Shown here piece by piece: positions 27,625 to 36,138 of a DNA stretch of 64,000 nucleotides (its first letter is position 1; each line of letters opens with the position of its first letter). Source of the DNA: an uncultured bacterium (GTDB taxonomy: Bacteria > Acidobacteriota > Vicinamibacteria > Vicinamibacterales > UBA2999); NCBI GenBank assembly GCA_963923455.1, contig CAWULT010000006.1:1586-65585 (forward strand), written 5' to 3'. The position numbers and the translations under genes are program-made. Under the pieces are notes generated by a model that was not told where the DNA came from, did no database searches, and saw only the letters and a program-made list of their open reading frames with translations.

Positions 27625-28287
27625 ATGGGCAAGCGTGAATGCCCAGTGAGAAACTCCGACTCACGTTCGTTGAACCGCGTTCAAAACGGAGCCAGACACG
27701 TGCTGTCCGACACGCTGAGAGACGGGCTCGATGCCTATGCCATCGGCCCGAAGATTCGCGCGCTGCGCCAGAAGCAGAAGATGGGGCTGGTGGAGCTGGG
27801 GCGCCACACCGGCCTGTCACCCGCGATGCTCTCGAAGATCGAGCGCGGCCGCCTGTTCCCCACGCTGCCCACCCTGCTGAGGATCGCACTGGTGTTCAGC
27901 GTCGGGCTCGACCACTTCTTCACCGGCGACAGGGACCGGCCGGCGGTTGCCGTCGTCCGCACGAAAGACCGGCTGACGTTTCCGGCCGAGGGCGACGACG
28001 GCAACGCCGTGTTCGAGTTCCAGTCGCTCGACTTCCCCGCCACCGAGCGGCGGTTCAACGCCTTCTACGCCGACTTCCTGTTCAGCGGCCCAGGTCCACT
28101 CCGCCTGCACGCGCACCCGGGCGGCGAGTTCCTCTACGTGCTGCGCGGCCGGCTGGAGGTGGACATCGCCGGCGAGCCGTACGTGCTCGACGCCGGCGAC
28201 TCGATGTACTTCGACTCGAGCGCGCCGCACGGCTACCGCCGCGTGGGGACGAAGCCGTGCAGCGCGATCGTGGTGACCGCACGCTGA
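27625..28287 (+). CDS. XRE-family HTH + cupin-domain transcriptional regulator
   Basis: HTH IRALRQKQKMGLVELGRHTGLSPAMLSKIERG and C-terminal cupin HAHPGGEFLYVLRGRLEV...SMYFDSSAPHGY. The true start may be GTG 27700, which is in frame with GGAG 7 nt upstream. Confidence 0.8.
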   Translation: MGKRECPVRNSDSRSLNRVQNGARHVLSDTLRDGLDAYAIGPKIRALRQKQKMGLVELGRHTGLSPAMLSKIERGRLFPTLPTLLRIALVFSVGLDHFFTGDRDRPAVAVVRTKDRLTFPAEGDDGNAVFEFQSLDFPATERRFNAFYADFLFSGPGPLRLHAHPGGEFLYVLRGRLEVDIAGEPYVLDAGDSMYFDSSAPHGYRRVGTKPCSAIVVTAR

Positions 28288-28363
28288 GGCCCGGGAGCGC
28301 TCGTCGCGGAATGCGACCGGGCCTTCGGCGACTGCCCGGGAACGGCGGTGTAGAGTAAGCGGC

Positions 28364-28894
28364 ATGCCGCCGCACGCCCTCGTCCACCGCACCGCCTCGC
28401 TTGGCCTCGCGGCCTTCCTGTCGATCGCCGGCGCCGGCGCCCCGGCCGCGGCCGGGCCTCGCGAAGAGGCGATGGCCGTCCTCGAGCGATGGGTGCAGGC
28501 CTTCGGCGCGTCGGACGTCGACGCCATCACGAAGCTCTACGCGCCCGACGCGCTCTTCATGGGCACGGGCAGCCGCACCGTCGTGACGGAGCCGGCCGGC
28601 GTCAGGCAGTACTTCGAACAGGCGCTGCTGACGCAGCGGCCGCGGTCCGCCAGGGTGCTCGAATCGACGGCCATGGTCGTCTCCGACACCGTGGTCGTCG
28701 TCAACGGCCTCGACGTGACCTACGCCACGCGCGACGGCAACACGATCGAGAACCCAGGGCGGTTCACCTTCGTCGTGGCGAGGCGGCCCGAGGGCTGGAG
28801 GATCGTGCACTTCCACCGGTCCACCATGCCGGGCGGCGGGGCGGGACGCACCGGACGCGCCGCGGGCGCGGGCAGCACCGGCCCAGGGCGCTGA
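28364..28894 (+). CDS. Secreted SnoaL/NTF2-like (DUF4440-type) protein
   Basis: 176 aa. Signal-like N-terminus. VLERWVQAFGASDVDAITKLYAPDALFMGT...GWRIVHFHRS is typical of the NTF2-like fold. Confidence 0.7.
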   Translation: MPPHALVHRTASLGLAAFLSIAGAGAPAAAGPREEAMAVLERWVQAFGASDVDAITKLYAPDALFMGTGSRTVVTEPAGVRQYFEQALLTQRPRSARVLESTAMVVSDTVVVVNGLDVTYATRDGNTIENPGRFTFVVARRPEGWRIVHFHRSTMPGGGAGRTGRAAGAGSTGPGR

Positions 28895-29056
28895 CGACCG
28901 TTCACGCCCGGTGCTCGAGGAGGGCAACGCCGCTGTGCCTCCTGCGTGTCGGCACACGCCGCGCCGGCCCCGTCACGCCCCCCTCGCCGACGCGGAGCGT
29001 CATGCGCGAAGCGGAGCGCCGTCAGGGCTGCCGAAGGTCGAACGACGTGAGGGAGT

Positions 29057-29132
29057 TGGTGGACCTGACCGGGATCGAACCGGTGACCTCATGAATGCCA
29101 TTCATGCGCGCTCCCAGCTGCGCCACAGGCCC
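29057..29132 (-). tRNA. tRNA-Ala (anticodon GGC), CCA encoded
   Basis: Minus strand: GGGCCTGTGGCGCAGCTGGGAGCGCGCATGAATGGCATTCATGAGGTCACCGGTTCGATCCCGGTCAGGTCCACCA. It has a 7-bp acceptor stem with the G3:U70 Ala identity pair, D stem GCGC/GCGC, anticodon stem CATGA/TCATG with loop AT-GGC-AT, and T arm ACCGG-TTCGATC-CCGGT. Confidence 0.93.
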
Positions 29133-29188
29133 ACTCGAGAGATGAGGTACTTCACTATGGTAAGCGGAGGCACCCCGACCTTGCAAGG

Positions 29189-30400
29189 CTACGCCTCGGA
29201 GCCGGCCTTTCGGCCGTAGGCCGGCAGCAGCAACATCAGCGCGGCCACGAGGAACGTTCCGCCCGCCACCTGCGCCAGGAAGGTCTGGTAGGACCCGGTC
29301 ACGTCGAACGCCCGCCCGGCCAGCACCGGGCCGAGCGCGCCCGCCACCGCGTAGAACGTCCACGTGAAGCCGTAGAGCACCGAGAACGACCGCAGCCCGA
29401 AGTAGCGGGACAGCGCGTACGGCGTCACGTCGGCCTCGCCGCCCATCCCGAACCCGATCAGCGCCGCCGCCGCCACCCCCGCCGGCAGCGACGCCGCGTG
29501 CGCCAGCCAGTAGGCGCCCGCCGCGGCGATGGTGAGGTTCGCGAAGGCCACGCGGCCCGCGAAGAAGCGGTCGAGCAGCCAGCCGGTGGCGAGCCGGCCG
29601 ACGAGGCTGGCGGCGCCGAGCGCGGAGAGTGCCAGCGCGGCGCCGCCTGGCGTGACGCCCCGGTCGCTCAGCAGCGCCGGCAGGTGCGTCAGCGCCGCGT
29701 TCTGCGCGATGGAGCTGAAGAACAGCACGACGACGAGAATCCAGAAGACGCGCGAGGCCAGGCCGTCCCTGACCGACGCGCCGTCCGCGGTCGACGAGGC
29801 CGCGTGCGCCGGCGCCTCCCGTTCCCGGACGAACAGGGCTGCCGCGGGCACGCCGACGACCAGCGTCATCGCACCCAGCACCGCACAGGCCCCGCGCCAG
29901 CCGAGCGCGCGGATGAGCACCTGGGCGGCCGGCGGCAGCACGATGGCGCCGATCGCGCCGCCGGCCATCACGATCGCCAGCGCGGTGCCCCGCGTCGCGG
30001 TGAACCAGCTCGACACGGCGCGCGCGTACGCCATCTGCGCGGTGCCGTTGCCGACGACGCCGATCGCGAAGAACACCGCGTAGAGGTGCCACAGCCGCGG
30101 CGTCAGCACCGCGAGCGACGCGAAGCCGGCTCCGAACACGGCGACGCACGGCACGATCACGCGCCGCGGCGGCACGCGGTCGAGGAGATACCCGAGCGGC
30201 GGCGAGCACGCGGCCACCGTCATCGCGGCGATGCCGAACGCCGCCGACACGGCCTCGCGCGACCAGCCGAACTCGTCGGCGACCGGCTTCAGGAAGATGC
30301 CGAACGTGTAGACCAGCAGCGACGCGAAGCCGACGAACACGCCGACGCCAGACGCGGCAGCGACGCGCCACCCTTCGTAACGCGGGCTGGTCTCGTCCAC
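29189..30400 (-). CDS. MFS transporter
   Basis: 403 aa with about 12 hydrophobic spans and MFS-like loop motifs (GYLLDRVPPRR, GRLATGWLLDRF). Confidence 0.85.
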   Translation of the reverse strand: MDETSPRYEGWRVAAASGVGVFVGFASLLVYTFGIFLKPVADEFGWSREAVSAAFGIAAMTVAACSPPLGYLLDRVPPRRVIVPCVAVFGAGFASLAVLTPRLWHLYAVFFAIGVVGNGTAQMAYARAVSSWFTATRGTALAIVMAGGAIGAIVLPPAAQVLIRALGWRGACAVLGAMTLVVGVPAAALFVREREAPAHAASSTADGASVRDGLASRVFWILVVVLFFSSIAQNAALTHLPALLSDRGVTPGGAALALSALGAASLVGRLATGWLLDRFFAGRVAFANLTIAAAGAYWLAHAASLPAGVAAAALIGFGMGGEADVTPYALSRYFGLRSFSVLYGFTWTFYAVAGALGPVLAGRAFDVTGSYQTFLAQVAGGTFLVAALMLLLPAYGRKAGSEA

Positions 30401-30413
30401 CGGCGTCGCGCGC

Positions 30414-33400
30414 TCAGAAGATCAGCTTCAGGGCGAACTGCATCAGCCGCGGCGGACCCGCCGACAGGATGCGCCCGAAGTTCGGCGAGTTCAGGTCCGC
30501 CACCGGCAAGCCGAGGTTCACGTGATTGAGGACGTTGAACACCTCCGCCCGCACCTGCAGCCGGGTCTGGCCGCGCAGCGCGATGTCGCGCACGAGCGAC
30601 ATGTCGAGGTTGGCGTAGCCGGGTCCGCGCGCGATGTTGCGGCCGGCGTTGCCGAACTGGCCGGCCTGTGTCTGGATGTCGAGGCGCTGGAACGCCGAGC
30701 GGCTCAGCCACTGCTCCACCGTGCGTGGCCCGGCATTCGGGTCGCCCACGAGATTCGGGCGGCTCGCCGGGAAGCCCGAGATGGGCGGGCTGTTGGCCTG
30801 CAGCGCCACGTTGGCCGAATCCGACACGGTGAACGGCGTGCCCGAGTTGGCCGTGCCGATGGCGTTGATCTGCCAGTCGTCGAAGACGGCCCGGACGCCG
30901 GCCGGCGCGCCGGCCGGCACGTGGCCGATCCAGCTGACGCTCGCAACCAGCCGATGGCGCGCGTCGAACAGCGACGGGCCCCACTCGGCCTCGAGGTCGA
31001 ACGGGTTCTGCGCGAGATCGTTCTCGCCGGCGAGCGGCTTGGCGGCCGCACCCGAGAGGTTCATCGACGACAGGTGGTCCATCGACTTCGACAGCCAGTA
31101 CGACACGTTGAAGCCGACGTTCGAGTCGAAGCGCCGCGACACGCTGAACTGGCCCGCGTGGTACGACGAGCGCGCCACGCTGCGGAGCATCGCGATGGTC
31201 GAGAAGTCGCAGGCGCTGCCGTCGGCTGGGCAGTTGGCGTAGAGGCGCCGGCGGTCCGCGTTCTGCGCGGTCGCGCCGGGCCCGTGCACGGCGGGGTTGT
31301 ACTCGACGTTGCGCGGCAGGTGGCGGCCCTCCGCGCCGACGTAGCGCGCCTCGACGAGGTAGAGGCCGAACAACGACCGCTGCACGCCGATGTTCCAGTT
31401 CTGCACGGACGGCGGTTTCGCGTCGACGTCGAGTGCGAACACCGTCGAGGGCCGCACGAAGGTGTCGGGCGACGGATACACCCGGCCCGCGTACGGGTTC
31501 TGGAAGTTCAGGCCCGCGCCACTGTACTGGTTGAACTGCGCCGCCGGCGTCGCGCTGATCGCCACCTGCGAGGCCGTGCCCGCCCCGTTCTGGAACTGGT
31601 CGTAGTAGAGACCGTAGGCGCCCCGCACCGACCACGTGCCGTCGCCGGTCGGGTCCCATGCGAAGCCGCCGCGCGGCATGAACGCGTTGACGCTCTGCGC
31701 GATGCCCTTGCCGACGCCGGCATCACCCGGGAACAGGAGACCACGCGGGGCGTCGGGGCGCACGGTGGACTGCTGCCCCGGCACGAACGCGTTCAGCCGG
31801 TCCTGGACTTCGGTGAACGGGTTGATGCGCTCGTAGCGGAGGCCGACGTTCAGCGTCAGGCGCGATCCGACGCGCCACTCGTCCTGCGCGTAGGTGCCGA
31901 GACTCCAGACGCGGACGCCGCGATTGAAGTCGCCGAGGCCCTGGTAGAACGTCACCGGCGAGCCGAGCAGGAGGTTCGCGATCGCGTTGTTGGTCGGGAA
32001 GGTGCCCGCGAACACGTAGAAGGCGTTGGGCGCGATGGCCTGCACCATGTCGATGCCGGTGCGGCGGTACTCGCCGCCCACCTTCATCAGGTGCGACCCG
32101 CGCGTCCACGCAAGGCCGTCCTGCACTTCGAACGTCGTCTGCGTGCTGTTGCGCGGCCCGGTGATCGCCCCGCCGATCGGCGTGTAGCCGACGATGTTGA
32201 AGAAGGGCGGCCCCTGCCCCACCTCGTTGCTCGACGCGTACCCGAAGCCGAGCGCGCTCGGCGGCGTGCGGTTGAGCCGCTCGTCGAAGAAGAACTTGTG
32301 GCGCAGGAACGTGCCGCGGAGCGAGTTGGTCATCGACGGCGACAGGATGTGGTTGTTCGATACCACGCCCGAGTGCGTCGCGATGTCGTCGCGCGTCGGG
32401 AACCCGGGCACGTCGCTTCCGCGCACCGAGATCGGGTTGATGTTGTGCCCGCCCGAGTACGAGTAGCGGGCGAAGACCTGGTCCGCCCCGGACGCGTTGA
32501 TGTCGACGCGGCCGCCGGCCTGGTTGACGATGTTGTCGCCCACGACCGTCTCGCGGTAGATCGACGGCGACACATTGCCGAGCGGATACATGTTCAGCAC
32601 GTTCAGGGCGATCGGGTTGATCGTCGCCGCCGGAATCTGGTTGCCGGGGAACGGCACGCCGCCTGCGGCGAGGTTCAGCAGCGGGGCGCCGAGGCCGGAG
32701 AAGTCGCCACGCCGCTCGGCCGCCGTCGGCACCGTGGCCTGCGTCGTGATGCCCTGGTGGTTGCGGAAGCCCTCGTAGTACCCGAAGAAGAACGCACGGT
32801 CCTTCGCCACGGGCCCGCCGAGGGTGCCGCCGAACTGATGCTGCTCGAGTGGCTCCACCTTCTCGGAGAAGAAGTTGCGGGCGTCGAACGCGTCGTTGCG
32901 GACGAACTCGTAGACGTTGCCGTGCACCTGGTTGCCGCCCGACTTGGTCACGACCGCCGTGGTGGCGCCGCCCGTGCCGCCGAACTCGGGCGGCGCGCTC
33001 TGGGTGAGGATGCGGAACTCGGCGATCGCGTCGACCGGCATGCGCAGCGCATAGCCGCCGTCCATGCGGTTCATGTTCTGCGACCCGTCGATCAGGTACA
33101 CGTTCTGCTCCGGACGCATGCCGTTGACGGCGTACGCCTGGCCCTGCCGGAGGCTCCCTCCGGCCGTCGCCACGCCCGCGGTCAGCGGGGCGACGCCGGT
33201 CTGCAGCAGGCCGAGTTGCGTGAAGTTGCGGCCGTTGAGCGGCAGATCGACGATCTCGCGCCCCGTGACCACCGCGCCGAGCGTGTTCGTCGTCGTGTCG
33301 ACCAGCGCGGACCGCCCGGCGACCGTGACGGTCTCGGCGACGGTCGCCAGTTCGAGCCGGGCGTCGACGCGGGCGGTCTGGCTGACGTTCACCGTGACCG

Positions 33401-33686
33401 GCTCCTGCACGAGCCGGGCGAACCCGGAACCCTCGACGGTCAGGCGATACTGGCCCACCGGCAGGAGCAGCAGTCGGAAGAAGCCATCGGCGCCACTCGT
33501 CGTCTGCCGGGTGAGACCAGTGGCGAGGTGCTGGGCCGTCACGCGGGCGCCCGGCACCACGGCGGCCGTCGTGTCGGCCACCGCCCCCTCGATCGCGCCG
33601 GTCGAATCCTGCGCGAACGCCGCCGCGGCCGTCATCAGCCCGAACAACGCGGCGCAGACGGCGCGCCGGAACTTCCAGACTCGCAT
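30414..33686 (-). CDS. TonB-dependent receptor with an N-terminal carboxypeptidase-regulatory-like domain
   Basis: Internal ATG 33686 (GAGGAA upstream), 1090 aa. Signal MRVWKFRRAVCAALFGLMTAAAAFAQD, a CarboxypepD_reg-like GAVADTTAAVVPGARVTA...GFFRLLLLPVGQYRLTVE, plug LPLNGRNFTQL and a terminal aromatic ...LKLIF. Confidence 0.9.
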   Translation of the reverse strand: MRVWKFRRAVCAALFGLMTAAAAFAQDSTGAIEGAVADTTAAVVPGARVTAQHLATGLTRQTTSGADGFFRLLLLPVGQYRLTVEGSGFARLVQEPVTVNVSQTARVDARLELATVAETVTVAGRSALVDTTTNTLGAVVTGREIVDLPLNGRNFTQLGLLQTGVAPLTAGVATAGGSLRQGQAYAVNGMRPEQNVYLIDGSQNMNRMDGGYALRMPVDAIAEFRILTQSAPPEFGGTGGATTAVVTKSGGNQVHGNVYEFVRNDAFDARNFFSEKVEPLEQHQFGGTLGGPVAKDRAFFFGYYEGFRNHQGITTQATVPTAAERRGDFSGLGAPLLNLAAGGVPFPGNQIPAATINPIALNVLNMYPLGNVSPSIYRETVVGDNIVNQAGGRVDINASGADQVFARYSYSGGHNINPISVRGSDVPGFPTRDDIATHSGVVSNNHILSPSMTNSLRGTFLRHKFFFDERLNRTPPSALGFGYASSNEVGQGPPFFNIVGYTPIGGAITGPRNSTQTTFEVQDGLAWTRGSHLMKVGGEYRRTGIDMVQAIAPNAFYVFAGTFPTNNAIANLLLGSPVTFYQGLGDFNRGVRVWSLGTYAQDEWRVGSRLTLNVGLRYERINPFTEVQDRLNAFVPGQQSTVRPDAPRGLLFPGDAGVGKGIAQSVNAFMPRGGFAWDPTGDGTWSVRGAYGLYYDQFQNGAGTASQVAISATPAAQFNQYSGAGLNFQNPYAGRVYPSPDTFVRPSTVFALDVDAKPPSVQNWNIGVQRSLFGLYLVEARYVGAEGRHLPRNVEYNPAVHGPGATAQNADRRRLYANCPADGSACDFSTIAMLRSVARSSYHAGQFSVSRRFDSNVGFNVSYWLSKSMDHLSSMNLSGAAAKPLAGENDLAQNPFDLEAEWGPSLFDARHRLVASVSWIGHVPAGAPAGVRAVFDDWQINAIGTANSGTPFTVSDSANVALQANSPPISGFPASRPNLVGDPNAGPRTVEQWLSRSAFQRLDIQTQAGQFGNAGRNIARGPGYANLDMSLVRDIALRGQTRLQVRAEVFNVLNHVNLGLPVADLNSPNFGRILSAGPPRLMQFALKLIF

Positions 33687-34240
33687 CAGCTGGTTCCTCT
33701 CGTCACGGTGGACGCCGCGTACCCGTGCTCGGCCACGATCGCGGCGCGGGCGCGGTAGAAATCCGGATCCTCGGGCGCCCAGGTGGCCAGTCCATCCACG
33801 TAGCGGTTGCACATGCAGAACACGGCGGCGATCAGCACCGTGTCGTGAATCTCCAGGTCGGTCGCCCCTGCGGCGCGCGCCCGCGCGACGTCGTCCGCCG
33901 TCACCTGCCGGCCGCCCTCCGCCGTCCTGGCGGCGATGGCCAGCAGGGCCTTCAGCTTCTCGCTGATGGGCGCCCGGGCCGGGTCGCGCTTGACGTCCAG
34001 CACCAGCCCTTCGTCCTGCAGGTGGTGCGCCGCGACCGCGCCGTGGATCGTCTGGCAGTACTGACAGTCGTTCTGCGACGACACGTAGGTCGCGATGAGC
34101 TCCCGTTCCCCTGGCGTCAGCGTGTGCGGACCGCGCAGCAGGACGTCCACCAGTTCGTTGAGCGGCCTGGCCGTCTCGGGACGGAACGCCATCGGCCCCC
34201 GGATGCCCGGCAGGCCCGGTGGCAGGTCGATATGGGCCAT
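33686..34240 (-). CDS. AhpD/carboxymuconolactone-decarboxylase-like peroxidase-related protein (paralog 1)
   Basis: Internal ATG 34240, 184 aa. CxxC motif NDCQYCQ and EIHDTVLIAAVFCMCNRYVDGLA. The stop overlaps the receptor ATG (TGATG). Confidence 0.75.
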   Translation of the reverse strand: MAHIDLPPGLPGIRGPMAFRPETARPLNELVDVLLRGPHTLTPGERELIATYVSSQNDCQYCQTIHGAVAAHHLQDEGLVLDVKRDPARAPISEKLKALLAIAARTAEGGRQVTADDVARARAAGATDLEIHDTVLIAAVFCMCNRYVDGLATWAPEDPDFYRARAAIVAEHGYAASTVTRGTS

Positions 34241-34343
34241 GAATCCTCGCGTCAGTCCCGGGACGTCGCCGTCTCGATGCGCGGGCGGCGCGTGCCAGGC
34301 TGTGGGTTGGCGTCGACGCCGGGCGGGAAGCACGACGCCACGT

Positions 34344-34907
34344 TCAGCGGGGCCCCGCGCCGGCCGCCTCCGGCGGACGCACGTAGCCCTGCTTCGCCAT
34401 CCGCTGCCCCATCGCGTCGTACGCGGCCTCGTCTGTCGGCGTGACCGTGGCCAGCCCGTCGACGTAGCGATTGAACATGCAGAAGGCCGCGGCGATGAGG
34501 ACGGTGTCGTGGATCTCGACGTCGGTCGCACCCTGGGCCCTGGCGGCGGCGACATCGGCGGCCGTCACCCGCCTGCCCCCTTCCTGGACCCTGGCCGCGA
34601 TGGCGAGCAGCGCCTTGAGCTTCGGCGACACGGCCGCCGTGCGGTAGTCCGCGCGCACGGCGTCGACGAGCGCATAATCGCCGCCGAGGTGATGCGCGGC
34701 GGCGGCGCGGTGGCTCAGTTGGCAGAAGTCACAGTCGTTGCGCGAGGACACGAACGTCGCGATCATCTCGCGCTCGCCGCTCGTCAGGGTGTTGGGGCCG
34801 CGCAGCAGCACCTCGGCCAGCTCGCGCATGGGCTTCGCCGTCTCGGGCCTGAAGGCGAACGCGCTGGAGATGCCGGGCAGGTCGACGGGCAGGGCGATGT
34901 GTGGCAC
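34344..34907 (-). CDS. AhpD/carboxymuconolactone-decarboxylase-like peroxidase-related protein (paralog 2)
   Basis: 187 aa, collinear with paralog 1. Shared blocks include FRPETA, VLLRGP, NDCxxCQ, KLKALLAIAAR and EIHDTVLIAA.FCM.NRYVDGLAT. Confidence 0.75.
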   Translation of the reverse strand: MPHIALPVDLPGISSAFAFRPETAKPMRELAEVLLRGPNTLTSGEREMIATFVSSRNDCDFCQLSHRAAAAHHLGGDYALVDAVRADYRTAAVSPKLKALLAIAARVQEGGRRVTAADVAAARAQGATDVEIHDTVLIAAAFCMFNRYVDGLATVTPTDEAAYDAMGQRMAKQGYVRPPEAAGAGPR

Positions 34908-34971
34908 AGGCCGCGATTCTAGGTGCCGCGGCTGGGACCCTCAATACTGCGAAGAGAGTAGACGGGGCGGT

Positions 34972-35577
34972 CTAGTGTGAACGCATGAGGTCGTCGTACT
35001 CGCCCGGCGTGTCGACGTCGATCAGGCAGCGGTCGTCGTCGACCGGCTCGTTCCAGATCTCGGCCTCGTGCGCGCGCACGACGCTCTTGGCGCCGTGTGC
35101 GAGCGGTGCCGCGCGCAGGTCGTCGAACAGGCGCCGGTCGAAGAGCACGGGGTGCCCGTGCGCCTCGCCACGCGCCGGCCGGACGATTGGCGCCTGCGTG
35201 CGGCGCCAGGCGTCGAGGACGCGCCGCACGACGCCCGCCGTGATGCCGGGCACGTCGACGAGCGTCATCAACACGGCTTCGGTCGACTGCTCCACGACCG
35301 CGTCGAGGCCGACGAGCAGCGACGACAGCTGGCCGCGGGCGGGATCGGGATTGCGGACGCACCGCGCGACGCCCGAGGCCCCCTGGTCCGCCCGCACCGC
35401 CGCGTCGATGGCGTCGTGCGCGGTCCCCGTCACCACGATCACGCGCGTGATGCCGGCGTCGGCGAACGCGCGGACGATCTGCACCACGAACGGCAGGCCG
35501 CCCGGTGCCGTCAGCAGGGCCTTCGGGGACCCCATCCGGCTCGACGCGCCGGCCGCCAGGACCACCGCGGGTACCAT
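34972..35577 (-). CDS. MobA/MocA-like nucleotidyltransferase (molybdenum cofactor cytidylyl/guanylyl-transferase family)
   Basis: Internal ATG 35577, 201 aa. N-terminal AVVLAAGASSRMGSPKALL signature and later LVDVPG. Confidence 0.75.
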   Translation of the reverse strand: MVPAVVLAAGASSRMGSPKALLTAPGGLPFVVQIVRAFADAGITRVIVVTGTAHDAIDAAVRADQGASGVARCVRNPDPARGQLSSLLVGLDAVVEQSTEAVLMTLVDVPGITAGVVRRVLDAWRRTQAPIVRPARGEAHGHPVLFDRRLFDDLRAAPLAHGAKSVVRAHEAEIWNEPVDDDRCLIDVDTPGEYDDLMRSH

Positions 35578-35643
35578 GACCCATCGTAGCCCGGCCCCCG
35601 CGAGAACGGCCGAAAATCCGGGAAAGTCGGGGTGGTCCGTAGC

Positions 35644-35672
35644 TTGACTTCGCATCCCGGACTCCCTACACT
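35644..35672 (+). promoter_or_regulatory. Sigma70-type promoter of the cold-shock gene
   Basis: TTGACT-17 nt-TACACT. It predicts a 5' UTR of about 115 nt before ATG 35794. Confidence 0.5.
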
Positions 35673-35793
35673 GGCCCATCCTTCAGGCCGACGCGCGGCG
35701 GTTCGCGACCATTCTTCGTGGCCTCATGCGTCCGCTCAGGCGGTCTTTCGCGCCTGGGGTGTCTCACGGATAGCGCATCGGAGGCGCACGGCT

Positions 35794-36000
35794 ATGGCGA
35801 ATGGCACGATCGCACGGCTTCTCATCGACAAGGGATTCGGCTTCATCCGTGACGAGGGAGGCACCGAACACTTCTTTCACCGCAGCGCGGTTCGTGGGGC
35901 GGTGTTCGAACTGCTGCGGGAAGGACAGCGGGTGGAGTTCCAGCCCGAGGACTCCGCCAAGGGCCCGCGCGCCGGTGACGTCCGCCTGATCGAGGGCTGA
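35794..36000 (+). CDS. Cold-shock domain protein (CspA family)
   Basis: Internal ATG 35794 with GGAGG 9 nt upstream, 68 aa. RNP1-like KGFGFI and FFHRSAV. Confidence 0.85.
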   Translation: MANGTIARLLIDKGFGFIRDEGGTEHFFHRSAVRGAVFELLREGQRVEFQPEDSAKGPRAGDVRLIEG

Positions 36001-36028
36001 CGCCCCGCCCGCGCACCCGCAAGACCTG

Positions 36029-36050
36029 CCCGGTCCGCTCGAGGACCGGG
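36029..36050 (+). terminator. Hairpin downstream of the csp gene
   Basis: CCCGGTCC-GCTCGA-GGACCGGG followed by CTTCTCC, a weak T-tract. Confidence 0.4.
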
Positions 36051-36138
36051 CTTCTCCGCTGTCAGGCTTCTTCCGACACGCCAGCCCCGACCGTGGCGCG
36101 CGTGGTTCAGGCTTCTGGGCCTGCGCCTGCATGCCGGC

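Noticed and set aside
29057-29132. tRNA-Ala as a genomic-island integration site
   Set aside because: There is no integrase, no direct repeat of the tRNA 3' end and no compositional shift on either side. The flanking genes are ordinary chromosomal genes.
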